A stretch of DNA of 64,000 nt, taken from contig CAZUKY010000004.1 in assembly GCA_964621085.1 (NCBI GenBank), positions 1,266 through 65,265 of the forward strand. The letters run 5' to 3'. Origin of the DNA: an uncultured Gammaproteobacteria bacterium. GTDB taxonomy: Bacteria > Patescibacteriota > Patescibacteriia > JACQRZ01. How positions within the stretch are numbered: the first letter of the stretch is position 1; each line of letters begins with the position of its first letter. Below, piece by piece: positions 27,609-36,955 of this stretch. The notes beneath the pieces were generated by a model. That model had not been told where the DNA came from. It saw only the letters and a list, made by a program, of their open reading frames with translations, and did not search any database. Position numbers and translations under genes: made by a program.

Positions 27609-30458
27609 AGTGAGAACTTTTTTCAAAAAGCGTCCGGTATGACTCCCCTTTGCTTTTGCAACCTCTTCCGGTGTTCCAGCTGCGACGATCGTGCCGCCGG
27701 CGTCTCCGCCATCCGGGCCCAGATCGATGAGGTAGTCGGCGGTCTTGATGACATCCAGATTGTGCTCGATAACCAGTACGGTATTTCCTTTTTCCACGAG
27801 ACGCTGCAAGACAGCAAGGAGTTTTTTCACATCCTCGAAGTGGAGGCCGGTCGTCGGCTCGTCGAGAAGATAGAGTGTGCGGCCGGTATCGCGCCGCGAG
27901 AGCTCGGCTGCAAGTTTGATGCGCTGCGCCTCGCCGCCGGAAAGCGTGGTCGCCGACTGGCCAAGCTGGATATACCCCAAACCGACATCGAACAGTGTCG
28001 AGAGCTTGTTTTTGATCCGCGGAATCGCCCCGAAGAATATCATCGCCTCTTCGACGGTCATGGCAAGGACATCGGCGATCGTCTTTTCTTTATATTGTAC
28101 GGACAACGTCTCTTCGTCATAGCGCTTGCCGCCGCAGACCTCGCACGGAATGTACACGTCCGGAAGGAAGTGCATCTCGATTTTGATCAGGCCGTCGCCC
28201 TCGCAATTTCCGCACCGCCCTTCCGCAACATTAAAACTGAAACGTCCGGGCAGGTATCCGCGCACCTTCGCCTCTTTTGTCGAAGCAAAGAGCTCGCGGA
28301 TAAAGGTGAAAACGCCCGTATAGGTTGCCGGATTGGAACGCGGGGTTCTGCCGATCGGGTTTTGATCGATGATGATCGCCTTATCAAGGTACGCAAGGCC
28401 ATCGATGCGATCGTATACACCCGGCTGCTCCAGACTGCCGGAAAAATGCTTGGCAAGAATCCGATACAGCGTCTCGTTGACGAGTGTGCTTTTCCCGCTG
28501 CCCGAAACGCCGGTGACACAACAAAAGACCGACAACGGGAACTTCGCCTCGATATTCTTCAAGTTATGCTCCCGTGCGCCCGAAACCGTCAGGAAACCGC
28601 GCGGCACCCGGCGGCGCGCAGGAATGCTGATTTTTTCCTTTCCCGCCAAATAGCGGCCGGTTAACGACCCCTTCGCCTTCCCGATCACACTCGGCGCGCC
28701 CGAAAAAACAACCTCTCCGCCGTGCACGCCGGCGCCAGGGCCGATATCGATAAGGTGATCGCTGGCGCGCATCGTCTCCTCGTCGTGCTCGACAACAACA
28801 ACCGTATTGCCGATATCGCGCAGGTTTTGGAGTGTTGCGATCAGACGCTCGTTATCCCGCTGGTGCAATCCGATCGACGGCTCGTCAAGAATATAGAGCA
28901 CGCCGCGCAACTCGGAGCCGATCTGGGTTGCCAAATGAATACGCTGCGCCTCGCCGCCGGAGAGCGTCCCGGCACGGCGGGAAAGGGTCAGGTACTCAAG
29001 GCCGACATTAAGAAGAAATGCGAGCCGCGCCTTGATCTCCTTGATGATCTGGCCTGCAATCTTTTTTTGCGTATCGGAAAGCGAGAGACCGTCAAGAAAC
29101 GCTGCCGCCTCCCGCAAGTGCAGATCCGTGAAGTCGATGATCGAGATATCTCCGATAGTCACCGCAAGGCTTTCGGCGCGCAGGCGCTTCCCGCCACAGG
29201 AAGGGCACGGGCTTTCGCGCATGAAGCGCGCGATCTCTGCGCGCTTCTCATCCGAGTCGGTTGCGGCATACATGCGCTGAAGCTGGGGAATCACGCCCTC
29301 ATACGCTCCCCGATAGCGGTATGAGCTCCCGGTAGAAAATTTCAAGTCGATGTCCATTTCCTCGTCGGTACCATAGAGGATCGTGCGGACAACGTCCTTG
29401 GGGAGCTGTTTGATCGGTTTCCATGGATCAAACTTATAGTATGAGGCCAGGTGCTCGAGCATCTGGCGTTTCATACCCATCATGAGCGACCGCCACGGGG
29501 CGATCGCGCCTTCCATCAGCGAGATGCTCGTATCCGGAATAACCAAGTCCTCGTCAAACTCCTGGATAACGCCGATGCCGTGGCACTGGTGGCAGGCGCC
29601 CTGCGGCGCGTTGAACGAAAACATGCGCGGAGCCAGCTCATCAAAACTCGTGCCGCAGTCGATACATGCCAGGTGCTGGCTGTGCAACGTCTCTGTGTGC
29701 TTGGGCGCATTGACGTTTGCCGCGGTCTCCGTGCGTTCTGCCAGGACGCGCACAAATCCGTCTGCGTGACGAAGCGCGGCCTCGACCGCTTCTTGAATGC
29801 GCGGCTTCTCTTCGGCAGTCGCCTCGATGCGGTCAACGACAACATCAATCGTGTGGTGCATGTACCGCTTCAAAAGAATTTTTTCGGTGCCGAGGTTGTA
29901 AAAAACGCCGTCGACGCGCACGCGCGTAAAACCTTGTTTTTGGAGATCTGAAAAAAGATAGTCGTACGTGCCCTTGCGCGAACGGATGAGGGGCGCGAGA
30001 ATTTGGACGCGCGCACCCGCGCAGGTTGCGATAATCTGGCGCGCGATCGAGTTCGCGTCTTGGCGCGCGATCAGCTTTTTGCACTGGGGGCAGTGCGGCG
30101 TGCCGATACGTGCGTACAGAAGACGGAGATAGTCGTAAATTTCCGTGACCGTGCCGACGGTCGAGCGCGGATTTGCCGAAAGCTTTTTCTGCTGGATCGC
30201 AATGGCTGGCGAAAGGCCCTTGATCGAGTCGACATCAGGCTTGTTCATAACGCCCAAAAACTGCCGCGCATATGCCGACAGGCTCTCAACATAGCGGCGC
30301 TGCCCCTCCGCATACAGCGTATCGAACGCAAGGCTGCTTTTCCCGCTGCCAGACAACCCCGTAATGACGGTCAAGGCATTGATCGGAATGTCGGCGTCGA
30401 TGTTTTTCAAATTATGCTGCCGCGCCCCGCGGATCGAGATAAACTCCTGGTCTTTCAT
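27591..30458 (-). CDS. uvrA: Excinuclease ABC subunit A
   Basis: 955 aa with two ABC ATPase modules and an N-terminus matching E. coli UvrA (GLSGSGKSSLAFDTLYAEGQRRYVESLSAYARQFLG). Confidence 0.97.
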   Translation of the reverse strand: MKDQEFISIRGARQHNLKNIDADIPINALTVITGLSGSGKSSLAFDTLYAEGQRRYVESLSAYARQFLGVMNKPDVDSIKGLSPAIAIQQKKLSANPRSTVGTVTEIYDYLRLLYARIGTPHCPQCKKLIARQDANSIARQIIATCAGARVQILAPLIRSRKGTYDYLFSDLQKQGFTRVRVDGVFYNLGTEKILLKRYMHHTIDVVVDRIEATAEEKPRIQEAVEAALRHADGFVRVLAERTETAANVNAPKHTETLHSQHLACIDCGTSFDELAPRMFSFNAPQGACHQCHGIGVIQEFDEDLVIPDTSISLMEGAIAPWRSLMMGMKRQMLEHLASYYKFDPWKPIKQLPKDVVRTILYGTDEEMDIDLKFSTGSSYRYRGAYEGVIPQLQRMYAATDSDEKRAEIARFMRESPCPSCGGKRLRAESLAVTIGDISIIDFTDLHLREAAAFLDGLSLSDTQKKIAGQIIKEIKARLAFLLNVGLEYLTLSRRAGTLSGGEAQRIHLATQIGSELRGVLYILDEPSIGLHQRDNERLIATLQNLRDIGNTVVVVEHDEETMRASDHLIDIGPGAGVHGGEVVFSGAPSVIGKAKGSLTGRYLAGKEKISIPARRRVPRGFLTVSGAREHNLKNIEAKFPLSVFCCVTGVSGSGKSTLVNETLYRILAKHFSGSLEQPGVYDRIDGLAYLDKAIIIDQNPIGRTPRSNPATYTGVFTFIRELFASTKEAKVRGYLPGRFSFNVAEGRCGNCEGDGLIKIEMHFLPDVYIPCEVCGGKRYDEETLSVQYKEKTIADVLAMTVEEAMIFFGAIPRIKNKLSTLFDVGLGYIQLGQSATTLSGGEAQRIKLAAELSRRDTGRTLYLLDEPTTGLHFEDVKKLLAVLQRLVEKGNTVLVIEHNLDVIKTADYLIDLGPDGGDAGGTIVAAGTPEEVAKAKGSHTGRFLKKVLTESIEK

Positions 30459-30524
30459 AGATTTTCACTATATGACGCGGAACGGCAAAAATCAAGATGA
30501 CACCGTACGGATGTCATCAGAAAG

Positions 30525-31963
30525 TTATACGCCGACCAACCGCTTCGTCGCGAGAAATTTGATATGGTATGCGGTCACGGCGACGCCGATGGCGACCGTG
30601 AGCAAGTTCGGAAGATACGGCGCGATCGCCCAGAGGGTCACAAAGCCGTAAAACAATGCTGCTGCTGCGACCAAAAATATGCGCAGCGCATGAGGACGCG
30701 CAGCAGGAGGCAGGTCCAAATTGAGTTTCAAGAGAAGCGGCGGGTAGAGCCACATCGTCGCTGCGGAGAGACACGCGGAAAGGACCAGAAGGAAAAACGG
30801 CTGTTTAAAGCTCGGGATAACAACCGAAAGGAGGAGAATTCCAACCCCAGCGAGGAGTGCAAGTTGGCTAATCCCTCGCTCGTTCAGCCGTGCGATGTTT
30901 CCTAAAAACGACCGAATGCCGTTTTCGCGCACAGGCGTAAGGAGGCGATGCGTCAGGCGGCCGATCGCATCGAGAATCGTCAGGTTTGCCATGATAAAGA
31001 GAAGGATTCCGGAAAGCCCGAAGAGCGTTCCGAGAAACGGAAAGGCCGCATTGAGCGCAGCAATTTCGGCAACAAGCACGCCGAATCCCTGCGCAGAGCC
31101 GAGCGGCAGGAGCAGTCGTCCCAGATACGCGAGCAGGAAGATCGTGAATACATTCGCAAGTACGAAGAGCAAAAAATGCTCTTTATTGATCATTGAAAAC
31201 CACTGGCGGAAATTCCTCTTGGACTCCGACGAAGTGATCTCGACGCGCTGCCGCTCTTCTGCCGGCAAACCCGCAACGCCGTACCCCTTTGCAAGCACCC
31301 ACTCGCTCTGCACGAGATTCAAAACGCCCGCAACTCCGCCATAGGCAAGTGCTGCCAAGAAATCAAAACGCGGCATTTCCGCCGGAATGTGCCCCCACTG
31401 AAACAGGCCAACGATCCCCTCCCAAAATAATGCCGGGTCGAAACGCAGCAAAACGGTGAATAAAATGATTCCCATCGCGCCCGCGAGCCCGATCTGCGCG
31501 ATTTTTTCCATGAGTCGATAACTGGCGGGATGGCGAAAAATCGGAATGAGACTCAAAAACAAGGCAATTGAAAACGCAAGGCCGATCTGGCGGGCATGCT
31601 CACCGCTCGCGCCAAGAATGACTGCGATAAGGTTTCCGGCGGTCGTGATCCATGCGGGCCAGACAAGCGCGGCGACAACTGTCACCGCAAAAAGAATCGC
31701 GAGCCAACGGGTCTGCCCGACCAGACTCGCCTCGACGCTCTTTCCGGTAACAAGCGTATAGCGCTCGATCTCGATGTTGACGATAAACTGCAGGAGCAGA
31801 ATGATCGGAATCGGCTAGAGGATCGCCATGCCGTAATTCGCGACCAGGTTCGGCCAGAGGAGCATCTCTCCCCCGTTCATGGAAAGCGCAACAAAAACAA
31901 CGCTCGGCCCGATCATCTGCCAGAGCGTTCTTTTGAGTGCGGGGAATACGATGCGAGATTCCA
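30525..31963 (-). pseudogene. Nramp/MntH-family divalent-cation transporter homologue, interrupted by an in-frame TAG (about 31806-31808) at a conserved Trp. Its metal-site motif is divergent (NGGE instead of DPGN).
   Basis: ATG at 31961-31963. Translation is MESRIVFPALKRTLWQMIGPSVVFVALSMNGGEMLLWPNLVANYGMAIL*PIPIILLLQFIV…, continuing into the ORF-track 30525-31685 frame. It aligns to MntH [45 protein letters not shown], with the stop falling at the LLW tryptophan. Confidence 0.55.
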
Positions 31964-32085
31964 TTCGATTGATTTCAAAAACTCCAGCGTGGACCCGGCG
32001 GGACTTGCACCCGCTTACCTGCCTGTCAAGAGCAGTGTATTACTCCATATACGACGGGCCCTCGAGTCCACTTTCATATAGTAAC

Positions 32086-32110
32086 ACAAAAAAACTCCTT
32101 TTCAGGAGTT
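32086..32110 (-). terminator. Rho-independent terminator downstream of the helicase gene
   Basis: On the minus strand I read aactcctgaaaaggagtt followed by tttttttgtgtt. Confidence 0.55.
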
Positions 32111-32281
32111 CTCTTGTGACAGGCAGGAGGCCCGTAATATACGGAGGCCACTACTCTTTAATATAAGACTATCACAAAAGTGGATTCTGTCAAGATTTGT
32201 ACTGTCAAGCACCCGTTGCTTTACTATGATCCGAATGCTCGTCTTGCCCTTTTTACGCTCCGACAAATTTTAAATCCCTAC

Positions 32282-34765
32282 TCACTTCCGAAAATACTTA
32301 TGGAACGCAGCCCTAAATTCGAGAGAGTAATGAGTGAAATCGCCACTCTTTGTTTTGTACTTTGCATAGTGTCCCCCATCGGTGTGTTTTCCTAGCTGGA
32401 GCGCTTTACCTTCATTGGTTTGGAGAAACAAGTTTATTCTTTTTTGAAGCGTTTCATGAGTAATTCCAAGCTGCTTTGCCCACATCTCACAGTTCCACCA
32501 ATTTTCTGGCGCTTCTTGAGTCTTCCACCACTTTTCATATGCAGCCCTGAATTCGGGAGAATAATGAGTGAAATCGCCACCTGAAACTGTATATATCGCA
32601 TAGTGCCCTTCTTCAGTATGTTTTCCTGGCTGGAGCGCTTTACCTTCATTGGTTTGGAGAAACAAGTTTATTCTTTTTTGAAGCGTATCGCCTTTAATTC
32701 CAAGCTGCTTTGCCCACATCTTACTGCGCCACCAACTTTCCGGCGCTTCTTGAGTCTTCCACCACCCTTCATACGCAGTCCTAAACTCAGGAGAATAGTG
32801 AAAAAAATCGCCGCCTTGAACTGTATAATTCGCATAGTGTCCTTCTTCAGTATGTTTTCCTGGCTGGAGCGCTTTACCTTCATTGGTTTGGAGAAACAAG
32901 TTTATTCTTTTTTGAAGCGTATCGCCTTTAATTCCAAGCTGCTTTGCCCACATCTTACTGCGCCACCAACTTTCCGGCGCTTCTTGAGTCTTCCACCACC
33001 CTTCATACGCAGTCCTAAACTCAGGAGAATAGTGAAAAAAATCGCCGCCTTGAACTGTATAATTCGCAAACCATCCCCCTTCGGCATATTTTCCTTGCCT
33101 GATCACTTTGCCCTCCCTAGTTTGAAGAAATAAGCTGATTCTAGTTTGTAAAGTATGATTACCAATACCAAGTTCCTTTGCCCACGCTGCACAAGTTAGC
33201 CATCTTTCAGGAACGAATTCCATGGCAGCACCCATCTCCCGCGTTACGCGCATGATTTCATCGGCACTAAAGACGATAGAAAGCCCGTCAATACGCAGAT
33301 CGGCCATCCGTCGCACTCCCGGCGGGAGATCTATTTCTTCTCGGGGCGATTCTTGCCGTGCAGGTCCCGGGAAAAAGGCACCTTGAGCAATTTCAGAAAA
33401 AAGGATCTGGCGAAGGTCATTACCATCCGCATCCCTATCGATAAACTCAACAATAAAGGCATGTTTTTGAGGGTTACTTGCATCCAAGCGCAGGACGCGA
33501 CCGCCGCGCTGCTCGGCTACGACACGAGAGAGCGTAGGACGAAGGTTAAGACAGACGCTTGACTTGGGAACATCAAAGCCTTCGATAAGAATATCGGCGT
33601 TGCAAAGGACTTTTATCTCTCCGCTGGCAAGCTGCCTTTTGAGCTCGCGCTGCTTGCCTGACGGAGTATTTCCACTGATGGCCGCTGAGGAGACACCGGC
33701 TTCGTTCAGCATTGATGCAAGTCTTTCAGCATGAGCAACCCCGACGCAGTAGGCCACTGTTTGATAATTTGCAAATGCTTCCACGCACATCTTAACCGCC
33801 GCCATGTTGCGAGTTTCAATATTGACTGCTCGGGCAAGATCTTTTTCATCATACTCTCCGCCGCTCGTCACGCGTACATTGGAAAGATTGGCGGCAGTCC
33901 TGACAGCCATGACCGAGAACGGCGAAAGAGCGCCTTCATCTACCGCCTCGCGGATCGAGACGGTGTGGATTTCGGTTGCGAGAAGATTTCCCACCTGCTT
34001 CTGTTCGGTAAAAACAGGCGTTGCCGTAAATCCAAGCTTGAGCGTACCGGGAAATTCTCCCACTGCTTTTTTACGAGCATCGCTCAAGGATCGATGCACT
34101 TCGTCGAGAATAAGGCAGTCGTAATCGTCGGGATTGATAGTTTTGTTTTTGAGTTGGCTCAGCAGCGAATCGTATGTGATAATCGTCACGTCTTTGCCAT
34201 GCTCTTTTGCTTCGGAATAGATCCTGCCTACATCAATGTCCTCGGCGAATTCTTCAAATGCTTCCTGTGTCTGCTCGACAAGCAATTTTCTCGGAACAAC
34301 AATGAGCGACTTGAGGCCTGTCGCCTGGAGAAATTCAGTAAAAATCACTGTTTTCCCATAGCCGGTCGGGAGCTTGATATACCCCTCTCGTCCCCCTTGC
34401 TCAAGAAACGCGCGCAATGACTCAAAAACCGTGACCTGGTGCTCCCGGAGTGTTTTTTCTACATTATTTTCTTCCTTGTGAGATTGTATGTAGGAATCGA
34501 GCGAGTTGAGAGCAGAGAGCCACTTCTTCATGTTCATGAGCTCCTCTTCTGATGGAGCAGGAAGACTTCCTCTTTCTTTCCGAAGTTTCGTCAGATACAT
34601 GTCGTATCTTTCTTTGTATTTTGCCTTGATTTCGTTGAGCGATAGTGAAAAAATACCGTCCGTCTCTGAAGGCGGTATAAGATCGACGCCAATAGCTTGA
34701 GATGCTTCCCCGACTTGCTTCTTGAGCTCTGGCAACTCTTTCCGTAAAGGGATTTCGGACGGCAT
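32282..34765 (-). CDS. SF2 DEAH-type helicase (Res/XPB-like ATPase core) with four C-terminal tandem repeats of about 78 aa
   Basis: Motif I is PTGYGKT, motif II is DEVH, motif III is FTATP and motif VI is QRGGRVLR. The C-terminal third is 4x (WW.SKMWAKQLGIKGDTLQKRINLFLQTNEGKALQPGKHTEEGHYANYTVQGGDFFHYSPEFRTAYEGWWKTQEAPES). Confidence 0.8.
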   Translation of the reverse strand: MPSEIPLRKELPELKKQVGEASQAIGVDLIPPSETDGIFSLSLNEIKAKYKERYDMYLTKLRKERGSLPAPSEEELMNMKKWLSALNSLDSYIQSHKEENNVEKTLREHQVTVFESLRAFLEQGGREGYIKLPTGYGKTVIFTEFLQATGLKSLIVVPRKLLVEQTQEAFEEFAEDIDVGRIYSEAKEHGKDVTIITYDSLLSQLKNKTINPDDYDCLILDEVHRSLSDARKKAVGEFPGTLKLGFTATPVFTEQKQVGNLLATEIHTVSIREAVDEGALSPFSVMAVRTAANLSNVRVTSGGEYDEKDLARAVNIETRNMAAVKMCVEAFANYQTVAYCVGVAHAERLASMLNEAGVSSAAISGNTPSGKQRELKRQLASGEIKVLCNADILIEGFDVPKSSVCLNLRPTLSRVVAEQRGGRVLRLDASNPQKHAFIVEFIDRDADGNDLRQILFSEIAQGAFFPGPARQESPREEIDLPPGVRRMADLRIDGLSIVFSADEIMRVTREMGAAMEFVPERWLTCAAWAKELGIGNHTLQTRISLFLQTREGKVIRQGKYAEGGWFANYTVQGGDFFHYSPEFRTAYEGWWKTQEAPESWWRSKMWAKQLGIKGDTLQKRINLFLQTNEGKALQPGKHTEEGHYANYTVQGGDFFHYSPEFRTAYEGWWKTQEAPESWWRSKMWAKQLGIKGDTLQKRINLFLQTNEGKALQPGKHTEEGHYAIYTVSGGDFTHYSPEFRAAYEKWWKTQEAPENWWNCEMWAKQLGITHETLQKRINLFLQTNEGKALQLGKHTDGGHYAKYKTKSGDFTHYSLEFRAAFHKYFRK
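32290..33230. repeat. Tandem direct repeat, about 4 x 234 bp, coding. The two central units (about 32606-32839 and 32840-33073) are identical and the outer ones diverge.
   Basis: The period of 234 bp is seen both in the DNA and in the repeating six-frame ORFs (32434-32649, 32668-32883, 32902-33087). Confidence 0.8.
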
Positions 34766-34834
34766 AGCATTTTATCTACCAATCAATGGTACTCTATCAA
34801 AAAGACGGCCGCGTTTTCAAGACAGTCGTGCAAG

Positions 34835-36907
34835 TCAAGTTTTTTCAGCAACTCCCGGACGGCGTCGACTGCGTTTCGAACGGACAGAAACATCGTCTTG
34901 GCTGCTGTGCTCTGCGAGATCTTTTTTTGAATCGCTCCGAACATCGATCGCCCCTTTCTTGCGCTTTCCTTTTTTCGGAAGCTTTCCCGCGTGAAGCTCT
35001 TTCAACCGGTCGCGCAGCACGATTGCGCGCTCGAAGTCGAGCCGCTCGACAGCCTCGCGGAGCTCTTGATGCAGCTCGATCTCGGTCTTTTTTACGTCTT
35101 TCGGGCTCTCGGCGGCATCTGGCTCGACGATCGACTCGCGGATCGCCTTTATAATGCTTGCGGGAGTGATCCCGTGTTCGGCATTGTACGCCTCTTGAAT
35201 GCTGCGCCGCCGCTCGGTCTCTTGAATCGCACGCGTCATCGAGTCGGTCGTCTTGTCGGCGTACATGATCACCCGCCCGTTCACGTTTCGCGCAGCGCGC
35301 CCGATCGTCTGAATCAGACTCGTCTCATTACGCAAAAAGCCCTCCTTATCCGCATCTATGATCGCAACCAGGCTGACCTCGGGAATATCAAGACCCTCGC
35401 GGAGCAGGTTGATGCCGACAAGCACGTCAAATTTTCCCAATCGAAGATCCTTAATAATAACACTTCGCTCCAGCGTCTCGATCTCGCTGTGCAGATAGCG
35501 CGCCCGGACATCATTGCCGATCAGGTATTCGGCCAACTCCTCGGCAGATCGTTTTGTCAAGGCGGTAACCAGAACGCGACTCCCCTGCTCCACGGCTGCA
35601 CAGATCTCATCCTTCAAATGCTCGATGTAGCCGCCCATCGGCCGCACCTCGATACGGGGATCCAGCAGTCCGGTAGGGCGCACAAGCTGCTCGACGATCT
35701 GGCCGGCCTGTTCCCGCTCGTAGGGGCCCGGCGTTGCGCTTGTGAAGATGGTATGTCCCAAGTACCGTTCAAATTCATGGAACTTCAGCGGCCGATTATC
35801 ATATGCGGACGGCAAGCGGAAACCAAAGTCGATCAGATTTTTCTTGCGCGACACGTCGCCAAAATACATACCGCGCACCTGCGGCACCGTGACATGGCTC
35901 TCGTCGATGCAGAGCAGAAAGTCCTCGGAAAAAGGATTATGTTTGAAAAAATCCAGAAGCGTGTACGGCGGCTCGCCTGGCTTCCGACCATCGAAGTGGC
36001 GCGAGTAGTTCTCGATTCCTTTGCAGTATCCGAGCGTCTCCATCATCTCGATGTCGTAGTGCGTCCGCTGCTCTAGCCGGTGCGCCTCCAACATCGGCAG
36101 CTGCGGCAGACGCCCGTGCAACTCCTCCCGAATTGCCGCAATCGCACGCTTCCGCTTGTCCTCGGGCGCCATGAACGGCTTGGCGGGAAAAACCTTCAAC
36201 GCATCGTGTGTGAGCAGCGTCTCATGCGTGATCGCATCCAGCGTGGTTATTGACTCGAGCTCGTTTCCGAAAAATTCAAACCGACAAATATCCCCGCCAA
36301 AACCTTGCATGAGATCGACAACATCGCCGCGGACACGAAAACGGCCAGCCGCCAGATCCGTGTCATTCCGCTCATACAGCAGGTCCACAAGCCGCGCGAG
36401 CAGTTCCTTGCGCGAGATCTTCTGCCCCTTTTCAAGAGAGATAATGCTTTGAGAAAAATCAAACGGGCTGCCAAGTGAGTAAATGCACGACACAGAGGAA
36501 ACGACGATCGTATCCGGCCGCGACATCAGCGCCGCGATGGATTCGATGCGAAGCTGGTCGAGCTTTTCATTGATCTGCGTCTCTTTTTCAATGTAGGTGT
36601 CGGTCTGCGGAAGATAGCTTTCCGGCTGATAGTAGTCGTAGTACGAGACGAAGTAGCAGACCTTGTTGTTGGGGAAGAATTCCTTGAACTCGTTGTAGAG
36701 CTGGGCGGCAAGCGTCTTGTTGTGCGCAAGGACGAGCGTCGGCCTCTGAACCTCATTAATGACGTTTGCGAGCGTGTACGTCTTTCCGCTTCCGGTCACC
36801 CCGAGCAGCACTTGCTTTTCAAAACGCGAAAAACCATCCGCAAGCGCACGGATGGCCTTCGGCTGGTCGCCGGCCGGAGCGTAGGGTGAGACGAGCTGGA
36901 ATGCCAT
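34835..36907 (-). CDS. uvrB: Excinuclease ABC subunit B
   Basis: The ATG at [26 protein letters not shown]… matches the UvrB N-terminus, followed by [10 protein letters not shown]. The ORF-track start at 36928 is an extension. Confidence 0.95.
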   Translation of the reverse strand: MAFQLVSPYAPAGDQPKAIRALADGFSRFEKQVLLGVTGSGKTYTLANVINEVQRPTLVLAHNKTLAAQLYNEFKEFFPNNKVCYFVSYYDYYQPESYLPQTDTYIEKETQINEKLDQLRIESIAALMSRPDTIVVSSVSCIYSLGSPFDFSQSIISLEKGQKISRKELLARLVDLLYERNDTDLAAGRFRVRGDVVDLMQGFGGDICRFEFFGNELESITTLDAITHETLLTHDALKVFPAKPFMAPEDKRKRAIAAIREELHGRLPQLPMLEAHRLEQRTHYDIEMMETLGYCKGIENYSRHFDGRKPGEPPYTLLDFFKHNPFSEDFLLCIDESHVTVPQVRGMYFGDVSRKKNLIDFGFRLPSAYDNRPLKFHEFERYLGHTIFTSATPGPYEREQAGQIVEQLVRPTGLLDPRIEVRPMGGYIEHLKDEICAAVEQGSRVLVTALTKRSAEELAEYLIGNDVRARYLHSEIETLERSVIIKDLRLGKFDVLVGINLLREGLDIPEVSLVAIIDADKEGFLRNETSLIQTIGRAARNVNGRVIMYADKTTDSMTRAIQETERRRSIQEAYNAEHGITPASIIKAIRESIVEPDAAESPKDVKKTEIELHQELREAVERLDFERAIVLRDRLKELHAGKLPKKGKRKKGAIDVRSDSKKDLAEHSSQDDVSVRSKRSRRRPGVAEKT

Positions 36908-36955
36908 ATGAAGGCTTCCATTGTACAACGCTCTCCTGAAGTTGTCACATACCCC

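Noticed and set aside
31985-32070. Possible tRNA on the minus strand (gcggg-tgcaagt-cccgc T-arm-like hairpin with a 7-bp acceptor-like pairing)
   Set aside because: There is no canonical D-arm or anticodon arm, the spacing is wrong (about 80 nt with an unstructured middle), and the T-loop deviates. It is more likely promoter-region secondary structure.
32290-33230. CRISPR-like regular repeats
   Set aside because: The 234-bp period with no unique spacers lies entirely within a protein-coding frame (helicase C-terminal repeats). It is not a CRISPR array, and none was seen elsewhere.
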